A DNA stretch of 64,000 bases. Origin: a virus. Below the pieces are notes generated by a model. It worked only from the letters and a program-made list of their open reading frames with translations. It was not told the origin of the DNA and searched no databases. Shown here piece by piece: positions 42,352 through 52,633 of this stretch (position 1 is the first letter of the stretch; each line of letters starts with the position of its first letter). The stretch lies in the IMG/VR virus record IMGVR_UViG_3300045988_089178, one strand, 5' to 3'. The position numbers and the translations under genes are program-made.

Positions 42352-43413
42352 TTACTTTCCAATTACAACCTTATGATCCTCAGTTGGATCAATGGAAGCA
42401 GGTTGATAAACGAATACATCATAAGGAACCGCGGTAAATCCATTTGCTCCTTCTACTTGCACTGGTCCTTGCTTTACATAGCTAGAAGTTACATCTGCGT
42501 TCAAACTAGAAGTAATATTAGCTGCGGTAACTTTAAGCCCAGAAGATTGAGGAACTGCGATAATAATTCTCTTAGTATCACTTTTTGCTTTAATGCTATT
42601 AATAGTCATTGCGGCTGCCGCTTTATTGCTTGCTGTTAAAGAACGAATAATCGCGCTAGTTAAAGGATCTGTAGAATTATTAACTCCATAAAAAATCTAG
42701 CGATATCCAGTAATAGCTCCTGTGCTATTAGACTTAGATCCAGCTTTAATCTGTCCTTCTACATATTCAGAACCAAGATTTGTAACAGGAATAGCTCCAT
42801 TCCCATAATTAGCTGTTGCTGTAATCTTTAAATTAGTAGCATCTTCAACTTGAATTTCAGAGAAAGTTCCAGTAGCTTCTGTTTTTGTTTCTTCATCAAA
42901 TTGGACGCTCCAACCGGTTGCTGTAATTCCAGTGTCTGGGCCGTATTGATAAGATCCTTTATTTAAAGTTGCAGTATAAGTTGGAGTTACATTAGTGCCT
43001 GCTTCATACGCTTTCATTTGACTAGAGGAAATACTAACAGAAGGTTGCGTAATAGTAGGATTTTTTTCTTCCGCAAAAGCATCTAGCAGTAATTGATCTA
43101 ATGTTTTTCCAGTCGCGGGAATATTAACAGATCCATCTCCTCCAGGAGCATATTTACCAAAAGTATAGGTAAATGTAAAATCATCATCAAATTTTACAAT
43201 AGATGAATCAACTTCTACAATATCTTTTCCACCAGAATATTCTAACTAACCCCAAGTGCTTGTTCCATCACCATATTTTACTTTTCCTTTATTCTCGCCA
43301 TCGGTGGTAAGACAAGCCTCTCCAACGAGAGGAATAAAGGAGTCCTTAACTGAAGTCCAATTTTCCTCGGTATCATGTCTAAGTTGGATTCTAGTTTTTA
43401 ATTCATTGGCCAT
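42352..43413 (-). CDS. tail-fibre-like protein, in-frame TAG at 42697-42699 and 43249-43251
   Basis: N-terminal MANELKTRIQLRHDTEENW; RBS upstream. Confidence 0.45.
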
Positions 43414-43435
43414 CTTTAAAATGCCTCCTTATTTT

Positions 43436-44265
43436 AGTCTACTGCTGTCCCACAGTTTAATATTAAAGTAAAACCTTCAACATCCACTATTTTATCAAGT
43501 CCTACAGAATTAATTTCTCCGGTTCCATCTGAAAGTATTTTTATCTAATTATTCTAACTACTCCCCTTAATTAAACCAAGATTTTCTTCTGTTCCCGCCG
43601 GAATAGTAACTTTATTATCTTCAACCGGCAAATCTTTATTTCCGATAGAGATAGTTTCTATTACTTTATCCTAAGATATTGGAGTATACCACTCTAATGT
43701 GCCATCTTCTCTTTTTCTAATAGATTGCCCTGTTGATGCTTCTGCAAATCCTTTTAATGAAATCTGTCCAATTCCATCAATAACAATAGATTGATTGTCT
43801 ACATCAACATTTACCAAACTACTATTTATATATTTTAACTATTTCCACTCGGTGGCTCCATCTCCAATTTTTAACTTTCCAGTATCTATTTCAAATCCCG
43901 GCTCACCTTGACGAAGAATTGGATTTAATTCGGTCCACTTCTCTGATGTTCCTCGCTTGAACTAAAATATTGTTTTATAAACAACTTCAGCCAAAGTCAC
44001 TCCCTCCTTTAGCCAATTAGTCCGCCATCATAAATAATAGTTGTATCTTCTGGAGGAAGAGGCTAATCTCCGCCTCCACCAGAGTGCTACAACACCCATT
44101 CATGATCAGAATTGAAAATATATCTATTTCCATTTTCAATTACGTAGGCTGAACTGCCCGGCTTGCGGTTTTTAGGGAGATTAGCAACATCACTTTGGTA
44201 ATCACATAAAAAATGAACTGTACCATAAAAAACTTTATTATCTATATTTTTACCAATAGTAATCA
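43436..44265 (-). CDS. tail-fibre-like protein, very TAG-dense (at least 10 in about 276 codons)
   Basis: MITIGKNIDNKVFYGTVHF...; C-terminal LILNCGTAVD resembles the C-terminus of gene 39799..41136 (IIFNCGSSSTVI). Confidence 0.35.
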
Positions 44266-44359
44266 TACTTATTCTCCTTTCTTAAAGAAGTAGAGAAGAA
44301 AATTATCTCTCTTTATACTATATAACAATAATGACAAGAGATTTCACATAAATTGTCCA

Positions 44360-44465
44360 AGCCCCATTTTTGAAAGAAAAATTTGGTGGGCCTGCGCGAA
44401 CGGAAACTCGGAGCAGAACGAGGACAACAGAAAAGAGGGGCCAGCTTATGGCTAGCCCCTCTAGG
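44360..44465 (-). repeat. copy 2 of the ~55-bp GC-rich element, after terminator hairpin aggggccagc..gctagcccct
   Basis: tgaaagaaaaatttggtgggcctgcgcgaacggaaactcggagcagaacgagg; 2 mismatches vs copy 1. Confidence 0.6.
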
Positions 44466-44661
44466 GTAATCAAGGTTTTGCAGAACCTCAATCATACATA
44501 TTGCATTTATAAATGAAATATATATAAACACCGCTGCAACGATGGATGGTTGCGGGTATGAGAATCGAACTCATTCCTCAAGCCTTATGAGGGCTGCGAC
44601 TTAACCACTTGTCCTACCCGCAATATATAAAGCAGTTTTAAGACTTGCTTAGGTCTTTATA

Positions 44662-45783
44662 TTAAAGGTCAATATACTTATTGACTCCATAAATTGAAAC
44701 CTTAGTAAAGGTTGCATTTTCAACCCTTACTTTTTCGTTAAATTCCTTTCTAGCCTTTGCACTCTCTTCCTCAGTGGGGTAATCATAATCGAAAGCATCA
44801 AAATCACAATAGAAATTAGCATCTACGCCCATAAGTACGAGAGTACCATCCATAGATTTAATCTTTCCTGGATCAAAAGAAAGGTAGAAATCATTCTTAT
44901 CTTTTTTAAACCGAAGACACTGAACCTCTTTGGCATAAAGATCGAGATTATAATTATATGCAGTCATAACCCAACCATTAGTCAAACGAACATTAACATC
45001 AAAGAGAACACCTCTCTCATAGTTAATATTCAAATCCATTAAGGTTTCCTCCAAAGGATAACCTTGTTTCAAATCAAAAGCAATAGCCCTTAGGCTATCA
45101 TAAGTAATGTCCGCGACCTGCGACAACTTAACAACCTTTTCAATTTCCTCTTCCATACCGCTTCCAAGCGCATCCATCATATATGCCCGCACTTCATCCG
45201 CTGTAGGACAGCCAATCTCAAAATGATAGTGAAAACGACCAGGGCGATTGATAAGAAATTCGTTCAATTTTCTTGTATCGTTACAAGTGATAACAAAAAG
45301 TTTCTTTCCATTATCAATCCCATCAAATAGACTTAAAAGTCCTACCTGCGGATCGCCGTCATCATTCCTGGCAAAAGTCTTTTCAAACTCGTCAAAGATA
45401 ATAACAACTTCTTGTTCAATGGAACTGAGGAAATTACTAATTCCGGGAATAGGAGAATCGACTACAATCACTGGCATTTCTCGCTTGATCGCGGCATCCG
45501 CAATCATTCTTGCAAAAAGAGATTTGCCAATACCTTTCTTACCAGAAAGAATTATACCAAAGTTTCGCTCGGACTTATCGAAAGAGTTGAAAACTTTCTC
45601 TACCTTATGACTATGCGAGCCATAAACTTTTTCTTCGCCAATCTGCAAATTATTATGAACAGAAAGCCAAATTCCCATTTGGGGATGGAAACCGATTGTA
45701 TAGGTTCCGATTGGTAACTCTTTATAAGTTTTTACATCGTCACCATATACCTAAAAACGATTTCCTGTATGGACAATATTCAT
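44662..45783 (-). CDS. AAA+ ATPase, one in-frame TAG near the N-terminus
   Basis: Walker A SGKKGIGKSLFA; Walker B VVIIFDEFE. Confidence 0.5.
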
Positions 45784-45812
45784 CTATTTACTTCCTTTCC
45801 TATTGTTAGATG

Positions 45813-45900
45813 TGGTGGGCCAGGAGGGAATCGCACCCACTCGAGCTCGAAAGCACCGGTTTTACAGACCGGGGTGTCTACTTTAGCACTTTACTGACCC
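45813..45900 (-). tRNA. tRNA-Tyr (GUA)
   Basis: Loop CUGUAAA; long variable arm; acceptor GGGUCAG/CUGGCCC. Confidence 0.6.
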
Positions 45901-45917
45901 ATATATAAAAGAATTGT

Positions 45918-46006
45918 TTGGTCCCGGAGACGGGACTCGAACCCGTACGAGATTGCTCTCAGGGGATTTTAAGTCCCCTGTGTCTGCCAATTCCACCACT
46001 CCGGGA
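45918..46006 (-). tRNA. tRNA-Leu (UAA)
   Basis: Loop CUUAAAA; long variable arm; D-arm GUGGUGGAAUUGG. Confidence 0.65.
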
Positions 46007-46088
46007 TATTGCACATTTTTATGCTGAGTTGTGCTTCTCACCTTTCTCTTCTTCTTCCCCGGAGGATGAAAGTATCTCCGGTGTATTC

Positions 46089-46207
46089 GGCGGGGAGTGC
46101 AGGACTCGAACCTGCGACATCGTGCACCCAAAGCAAGTTAAAGATTGCTGTTACGGTCTTTAACAAGACCAAACTATAACGCGCTCTACCAACTGAGCTA
46201 ACTCCCC
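46089..46207 (-). tRNA. aberrant 119-nt tRNA-like element with a ~45-nt insertion between D-arm and T-arm
   Basis: Canonical acceptor GGGGAGU/ACUCCCC, D-arm GCUCAGUUGGUAGAGC, T-arm GCAGGUUCGAGUCCUGC; insert holds hairpins GGUCUU-GUUA-AAGACC and AGCAA-UCUUUAAC-UUGCU. Confidence 0.35.
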
Positions 46208-46366
46208 ATATAAACGATTTTGGATAAGGTTAATCGAGAACCTCGTCAGTGTGCTACTACGCCAAAGGCGAGCCCTGCAGGTTTACTCGCCACTCTTTAA
46301 ATGGTGGACGCTTTCAATCCTACATCCTGACAATAGAAGTCTTATTTACGATTTCTGTACGTATTG

Positions 46367-46441
46367 CTTCTATTACTGGCACCGCTTCTTCGTGTTGAAC
46401 GAAAACTTCTTGGTTCAGAGCCAAGCGTGCAGACCGCTACA
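46367..46441 (-). tRNA. tRNA-Gln (CUG)
   Basis: Loop CUCUGAA, G73, CCA encoded. Confidence 0.65.
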
Positions 46442-46444
46442 CTA

Positions 46445-46518
46445 AAGCGGTATATGGCAGCGGATAGAGGGGTCGAACCTCTAACAAGGGAGTCAAAGTC
46501 CCGCGTGTTACCATTACA
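46445..46518 (-). tRNA. tRNA-Gln (UUG)
   Basis: Loop CUUUGAC, G73, CCA encoded; 3 nt from the CUG isoacceptor. Confidence 0.7.
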
Positions 46519-46596
46519 CCAATCCGCTATAAATCAAGACGCATTAAAGAAAAGACTGTTTATCAGACAGTTGCGTAAACCATTCCGCCAAAATCG

Positions 46597-46660
46597 CTAA
46601 GCGCGATCCACAGGATTCGAACCTGCATCTTCTATTAAGAAGAATTTGCTGTATGCGTCT
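46597..46660 (-). other. tRNA-like fragment (T-arm + hairpin, no D-arm) after an ACAGCAAAU leader
   Basis: GCAGGUUCGAAUCCUGU T-arm; hairpin UCUUC-UUAAUA-GAAGA; no matching 5' acceptor strand. Confidence 0.3.
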
Positions 46661-46888
46661 TTATTTTACTTATATTTTAATTACACTCGCTGCTATATCG
46701 CAGTTGAACAAATCGTCATAAATCTTCTCTAAAGAAGCATCTTCATCAATGGTATATCCATTCAAAAGAGAATGTTTCTTTAGAGCTTCTTTTTCTGATT
46801 CAGCAGTAATCTTCTCTAACTTAATTTCATTTTCAAAGAAACTAAGAACTCCAACAACAAAATTCATAATTTTCTCCTAGACTTTAAG

Positions 46889-46964
46889 TGGTACCCGGTG
46901 ACGGGCTCGAACCGCCGACCTCCGCGGTGTAAACGCGATGCTCTCCCAGCTGAGCTAACCGGGC
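46889..46964 (-). tRNA. tRNA-Val (UAC)
   Basis: Loop UUUACAC. Confidence 0.7.
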
Positions 46965-47167
46965 ATTTAACTCAGAAAGATATTTTTAAATTCGTTCTCA
47001 AGCATAAAGAAAACTTCGCTCGCGCAACCACCTTTGCCGACTTGAACATAAGCAATCATAACATCTCCAGAGTCAGCATCGAAACCACGACAAATAGTCT
47101 TAACAAGACCATAAGGATTAGCTCGATAAAAGCAACCCATAGCAACAAAGTTATTCTTCATATTTAA

Positions 47168-47225
47168 GACTTCCTTTCTCAACTTTCTATAAATATTATA
47201 TCATTTATTTTTAATATTTTCAAAA
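47168..47225 (-). promoter_or_regulatory. conserved phage promoter/5'UTR module (copy)
   Basis: ctcaactttctataaatattatatcatttatttttaatattttcaaaag. Confidence 0.55.
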
Positions 47226-47430
47226 GTTTCTAAAGACTAGACTCAAAAGGGCTTGCCCCATATGCTCAACATTTTCTTGGCTTCCCTTCAAAAAGAAAAT
47301 GCTTCTTAGCTTTCTAAATAAGATTTATTTAGTAAAATCTTTTTATACAAGTATATTTGCATATATTTGCTGTATTGAGTCTATATATATAGGAAAGGAG
47401 TGATACATATTCTCGCTCTTAGGGAGCGAG

Positions 47431-47507
47431 TGGTCCGAGTGGTGAGACTCAAACTCACGGCCTCGTGATCCCAAATCACGCGTTCTAATCAACTGAACTA
47501 CACCCGG
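47431..47507 (-). tRNA. tRNA-Pro (UGG)
   Basis: Loop UUUGGGA. Confidence 0.7.
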
Positions 47508-47783
47508 ATATTAACTTAGGGTTTTTCGCACTTCCGCAGATTTCCATGCCTGGTCCTTATCGTTTCCTCTAGTGCTATACGAGGCACCGACCCTAAACCC
47601 TTCTGCTCTATGCCGGTTGTGTACTGATACCGGAAAACATCTTGGGGACTTTATTTTTTTACCTTCGTTGCTCCAATCCTCGAAGGGTATCTCGAAGTAT
47701 AGCTCTTCTATTTTACTGGCTCGGATTTAAGGCCCTACGATTTATTCTTACTGCCTTTCAGACTTGTATGTAAGATACCAATA

Positions 47784-47871
47784 TGGCGCAGAGAGTAGGA
47801 TTTGAACCCACGGATCTTTCGACCTCCTGCTTTCTAGGCAGGCGCCATAAACCAGACTCGGCCATCTCTGC
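47784..47871 (-). tRNA. Ser-type class II tRNA with unusual anticodon loop CUAGAAA (anticodon AGA)
   Basis: Ser-like D-arm GCCGAGUCUGGUUUAUGGCG, long variable arm, stem CCUGC/GCAGG. Confidence 0.5.
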
Positions 47872-47874
47872 ATA

Positions 47875-47951
47875 TGGTACGCCAGAGAAGATTTGAACTC
47901 CCACAAACCAGGGTCCGTAGCCCTGTGCACTCTCCGTTATGCTACTGGCGC
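47875..47951 (-). tRNA. tRNA-Arg (ACG)
   Basis: Loop CUACGGA. Confidence 0.65.
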
Positions 47952-48025
47952 ATATACTAGACCCATCATCTTTTTCTCCAGTTCAAACAACAGGTAAAGA
48001 GTTCTTTGCAGTACGGGTCTAAATT

Positions 48026-48478
48026 TTAATTACGAGTACGTAACCAATAATTTTTCATCTTGTAATTTGAATCATCCGTCACTTCAATAGCATCATCAAT
48101 AGGAAACTGATAGTCGCGGGCCTGCTCCTCTGATTCAAATTCAATTTCTGCATAGATAAAAGCTCCATCATCTACTACAGAAACCGTGAGCGGATACCCG
48201 CCGCAATTAAAAACGGAATAATTTTTCTTAATTGGAGGTTTACCGACAAAATCTTTTAGCTGATTGTAAAAATCTTCCGAAATTTCTGTTTCAATTTCTT
48301 CTCTTGTTAAAGAGCCTTCACCTTTTACGGTAATTCTAAAAGGCTCTTTACTTGCCGGGTTATGTCGTAATCGCACTTCTGGATTCGTCGAAACATAAAA
48401 TTGCTCTACCTGAGAATTTTTTACTAATCGAAATTCGGTAGGAACTCTTTGAAGAATCCACTTTCTTTCAATTTCCAT
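48026..48478 (-). CDS. CYTH-domain protein (triphosphatase-like)
   Basis: N-terminal MEIERKWIL (ExExK). Confidence 0.5.
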   Translation of the reverse strand: MEIERKWILQRVPTEFRLVKNSQVEQFYVSTNPEVRLRHNPASKEPFRITVKGEGSLTREEIETEISEDFYNQLKDFVGKPPIKKNYSVFNCGGYPLTVSVVDDGAFIYAEIEFESEEQARDYQFPIDDAIEVTDDSNYKMKNYWLRTRN

Positions 48479-48761
48479 ACGAATCCTCCATCAAATAATC
48501 TTCATCTTCATAAAGAGTGTCTTTTATAATAACACACTCATACTTATTATCTCTCTCCGCAGAAGCATCAAGAATGATTAAAGGCTCTCCTCCTACAGTA
48601 GTTTTGGAAAAAACTCTCGCAGCGATGTTCATCGCCTCCCAAGGAGAATTTGCTACTAAAAGAACATTCCGCTTAAACACTTTACTTTTTACTGTCTTTA
48701 ATTTAACTGAGACATTAAAAAAGTATTCCATAATAAATCCTTTCCTACTTTTATTATTAAC

Positions 48762-49087
48762 TGGTGGAGCCGGCGGGAGTCGAACCCGCGTCCGAAACAC
48801 CTATATAATTAAAGTCTTTTCACACGATAGTTAAACTTTATCCATTAAGTGGGATAGGCTTTAACAAACCACACTCCATTAAGCGTACTGGTTTACCTCC
48901 ACCACTTTGTTTAAGAGAGTAAACAAAGAAACTCAAGGGTTAAGCGGCGAGCTTAGCTCAAGCCGCAAGATAATTCTCGAAATAATCGTTGTCAGTTAAT
49001 TTTTGTTGCCCCTTAAGGGGGTGTGCATACCCGTGAACTTTAATCCTTCAATGCCCCGTCGAAACCTTTACGGCCCCATGTGACCCC
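48762..49087 (-). ncRNA. ssrA: tmRNA (ssrA)
   Basis: 5' GGGGCCGUAAAGGUUUCGACGGGG; 3' GGACGCGGGUUCGACUCCCGCCGGCUCCACCA; internal tag ORF ...DNDYFENYLAA ending in TGA. Confidence 0.7.
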
Positions 49088-49149
49088 TCTTGTTAATTAT
49101 ATAAGCAAAAGGGGTATATAACACTTCAAGAAATTTTGTCCTTGCGGAC

Positions 49150-49224
49150 TGGTGGGCCACCGAGGACTCGAACCTCGTCCCGTAGGGCTTCAACCTACTG
49201 CTCTGCCTGTTAAGCTAATGGCCC
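49150..49224 (-). tRNA. tRNA-Phe (GAA)
   Basis: Loop UUGAAGC. Confidence 0.7.
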
Positions 49225-49305
49225 ATAGGCTCTCTATGTGAGGCGATGCTCAACTCACAACCAAGACGCGCGCTCTTGTGTTTTCCACTTTTAAACTAAT
49301 AGAGA

Positions 49306-49382
49306 TGGTACCCCGTATTGGACTTGAACCAATGACCTACCGCTTAGAAGGCGGTTGCTCTTTCCAGCTGAGCTAACGGGGC
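49306..49382 (-). tRNA. tRNA-Arg (UCU)
   Basis: Loop CUUCUAA. Confidence 0.7.
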
Positions 49383-49913
49383 AAATAAGGAGCATTAAGC
49401 TACTCCAGCTTTTCTTGCTACTCTTGCAAGAATTTTATAGTCTGTACTATCTTCTGCAACCAATTTACATGGCTTTCCAATTAGAGCAAATAAACCAAGC
49501 AGACTACGAGCATCAACCATAATCATACCGTCATTAGAATGAACCCAAAGTACATCTGGAGTTTTACTCGCTACGGCATTTAGACGCTCAACATCACTTG
49601 TGCTTTTGATATTAATATCCATTACCATTTTATCGACCTCCTTTTATATTCTCCATGTACGAAACTCTTTGAACTGCTCTTCCAGATCTTGTTGATAGTT
49701 ATAAACTTCGAGAACCCGTTGCATATTTAAGCTATTAGTCCTATCAATAAGACTAATCGCTTCATTTCTATCAACTGCATAAATAGGGTAATCTTCAAAG
49801 GAAAATTCATCAACTGCAATAATGCAGTATTGATTGATACCATTATCACCACGGATTACCATATCGCGAACTTCTGCATAACTTGCTATAGACATGGCAC
49901 TCTCCCCTTTTAT

Positions 49914-49988
49914 TGGCAGGGCGAGTAGGATTCGAACCTACAGTCATGGTTTTGGAGACCATTGGTTTAGCCATTAACCGATCGCCCT
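49914..49988 (-). tRNA. tRNA-Trp (CCA)
   Basis: Loop CUCCAAA. Confidence 0.7.
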
Positions 49989-50227
49989 ATGTAAGCTGAG
50001 CGTCCCCAGCCCTAATCGAGTTACTTTGGAGCTGCTTCCACTGACGGGCGAACTCGATAAACAAAAGCCTTTTGTTCTACACTCTAGTCAAAGCAGCATG
50101 ACACCCTAGTGTAGCATGGCCTCTGTGGTCTTTGTCCCACAAAGAATTTTTCGAACCGAACTCTTTGCACATGATAGAATTTTGCGTTAGGTATTCACCC
50201 TGCCATCTATCAAGGCTGACATTCGGT

Positions 50228-50304
50228 TGGTGCTCCGAGGCAGATTTGAACTGCCGACCTCGCGATTATCAGTCGCGTATTCTAACCAACTGAACTACCG
50301 AAGC
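50228..50304 (-). tRNA. tRNA-Ile (GAU)
   Basis: Loop CUGAUAA. Confidence 0.7.
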
Positions 50305-50531
50305 ATATAATAGGTTCGTTTCGGCGTCACCCGCATTGAGGAGAACCATTTCCCCAGTCTGAGGCCTTAGGGCATACCTCGACGACAGCCCAGCGTTATG
50401 TTCGCCAACAGAAAGTTTTTTGACACCCGGCTCATCACTTTCAACCTTTCCGCCGAAGAATGGCGTGGCTTTCCTTTATACGCCTCCGAGGAGGAGCTTC
50501 CCGCAGTCTATTCGCCCCCGGCTACGAGGGG

Positions 50532-50607
50532 TGGAGCAAGATACCGGATTTGAACCGGCCCTTTCTGCTTGGAAGGCAGACGTGCTAGCCGCTAACACTA
50601 ATCCTGC
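50532..50607 (-). tRNA. tRNA-Gly (UCC)
   Basis: Loop CUUCCAA. Confidence 0.7.
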
Positions 50608-50876
50608 ATATGGTAGTTTCCCTGTTTTTTAGAGGTACTACCTAACCCAAGTCGACTTTGTCGTTTGTTCACAGATAACCCGCTCAAACAAAACAAACCA
50701 AAATGCGGAGATGAACGAAATTGTTTTCTTCTTCTTGAATCAGAGAATCGTCATCAAGTTGTCCCTAAGTCATGCAGTCTTCGTAACGCCAGACTACCAG
50801 AAACGCTACTCGGTTTAACCTTGACTGAAAATTCTTGTGCACAGAATAACAGTTGTGTCTCACTCAAGAGTAGAAA

Positions 50877-50953
50877 TGGTGCGTGTGGCGAGATTCGAAC
50901 TCGCGACTCCCTGCTTAAAAGGCAGGTGCTCTAGCCTACTGAGCTACACACGC
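50877..50953 (-). tRNA. tRNA-Lys (UUU)
   Basis: Loop CUUUUAA. Confidence 0.7.
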
Positions 50954-51471
50954 GACTGTAAACTTTTAAAGTTCACTTAGGATATTATCGAGAATCTTTT
51001 CAAAATCTTCATCCTCAACATAGAACATCTCATTCATAGTTTTACGATCAGTAAGAGAATGATCTGCATTATATCTACAAACTAGTACTTCAAGAAATTG
51101 CCAAAAGCGCAGATTTGGATTAGTCTTTCGCCAAATAACCTCAATCTTATTAGCAATACTAGAAATGCGATTTGCGTCTCTCACACTTAATCCTCCTCTA
51201 GCCACATATCTTCACTAAACAATTCTCGATATTTGTCATCATCGACAATTAACTGTCTACATCTGCGGGCTTCAGGCTTTGCGTCGTATCTATCAAGAAA
51301 TTTAGCATCATCAGTCAAGAACCCTTGCACTAAATCTTCTTTATCCCATTCATACCCCATCTGATATGCTTCTTCGAGGCAATCTGCATGGCGCTTCCCG
51401 CAAATAATTACAGGGTACTTACTAAAGTGAGGAATAAATTTAATTGCAGAAGCAATAATCATAACTCAAAA

Positions 51472-51535
51472 CTTCCTTTCCTTAACTTTCTATATATATT
51501 ATATAATAAAAATTAAGAATTTTCAAAAAGATTTT
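51472..51535 (-). promoter_or_regulatory. conserved phage promoter + 5'UTR module (TTGAAA-N17-TATAAT-ATATATAGAAAGTTAAGGAAAGGAAG)
   Basis: Minus strand cTTTTTGAAAAttcttaatttttatTATATAATatatatagaaagttaaggaaaggaagttttgagttATG; near-identical copies at 19461-19510, 29944-29996, 39466-39530, 47168-47225, 55441-55500, 56041-56100, 60538-60600. Confidence 0.6.
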
Positions 51536-51739
51536 TATGCTTGAGTTTTCTATTAAAGGAACCTTTTCCTTTCTTTGCTCTTGTTATAGAACCTCTCTGT
51601 TTAAAATGAAGATATTCTTGCAGCTCTTCTGGAGATTTCTTTTGAGCCTGCTTTATAGTTTTTAAATTCATTTTACTAGACCCCTTTTCATCTTATTATG
51701 TACCAAAAACATATGATTTAAAGTTGCTGAATAGGTCTA

Positions 51740-51817
51740 TGGGGTGTACGACGAGACTTGAACTCGCACCTCTCAGAGCCACAATCTGATGCTCTACCAA
51801 TTAAGCTACGCACAACA
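51740..51817 (-). tRNA. tRNA-His (GUG) with encoded G-1 and apparent U1:C72 mismatch
   Basis: Loop UUGUGGC; 5' G-UUGUGCG, 3' CGUACAC-C-CCA. Confidence 0.6.
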
Positions 51818-52032
51818 TATTGGCAATAGATTTTAATATCGGGTATCGGCACGTAAGCCTTTGGCCTTCGATTGGCGGTACAATCTCCGGCGTCCCTATC
51901 TAACCCTATCCGACTCCGCTAACTTCCATAGCGCATACGGACTGCTTGGTAAAGTGGCCACAATGCCTCGCAGGTAGGAATAATATTCCTTTGCCGCATT
52001 TGCGTTTGTCACGCTAAAGCCCTTTTTGGGCA

Positions 52033-52107
52033 TGGAGCTGGCGACAGGGGTCGAACCTGCAACCTAGTGATTACAAATCACTTGCGCTACCATTGCGCCA
52101 CGCCAGC
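52033..52107 (-). tRNA. tRNA-Thr (UGU)
   Basis: Loop UUUGUAA. Confidence 0.7.
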
Positions 52108-52540
52108 ATATAAATGGCCGATATTCGCCTCGGCTCGGGCCCAGAAGATAAAGTCTTGGTATATACCCCAAGAGGTATTGACAGCGTGCTGTTCCAAACT
52201 ATACACCAGCCGCCAGCCATAGCCGGCCGCATGGGGCTCGAACCCAATTTCCTCTGTCATCAAGAGTTTTTTTGTAAACTCACGGTTTTGGCCTTCTCTT
52301 CCCCATAGGCTCCCGCAGCAGTACCGAAAAACTTGACGAGATTATATTGAAGTTGTTTTTGTCTCATTGAGACCGGCAGGCGGCTATACTTCCAAACCTT
52401 CACAAGCCCTATTATTTCGTTAATCGCTTGTATTGTCACCGCAAGCAAACGGAACTACTTAGTCGGTTTTCGTAGTTGACACAATAGCCTCGTTTATATG
52501 CGGCCGGCATATATAACAGTGTCTTATCCCGATTGGCTAT

Positions 52541-52633
52541 TGGCGAAGGGGAGAGGATTCGAACCTCCGGACCGTGTTTCCACAATCAAGGGATTAGCAA
52601 TCCCTCGCATTCAACCTACTCTGCCACCCCTCC
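52541..52633 (-). tRNA. tRNA-Ser (GCU)
   Basis: Loop UUGCUAA; long variable arm. Confidence 0.7.

Noticed and set aside
162-44265. Reading the many TAG-split ORF pairs (DnaB, ThyX, amidase, UDG, tail fibres) as pseudogenes or sequencing frameshifts
   Set aside because: The pieces are always in the same frame and are interrupted only by TAG, never by TAA or TGA. The TAG codons fall inside conserved motifs of essential genes. A CUA-anticodon tRNA is encoded in the window. Recoding explains all of this; decay does not.
46210-46360. Hairpins with UUUAAAG/AUUUAAA loops that might hold an ochre-type (UUA) anticodon
   Set aside because: No T-arm or acceptor stem could be built around them. It is probably a degenerate spacer. 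The amber suppressor at 38271-38346 already accounts for TAG decoding.
49240-49300. Possible extra tRNA between tRNA-Phe and tRNA-Arg
   Set aside because: It is only a 6-bp stem (UGUGAG/CUCACA) with an 11-nt loop. There is no acceptor or D-arm, so it is better read as a simple hairpin.
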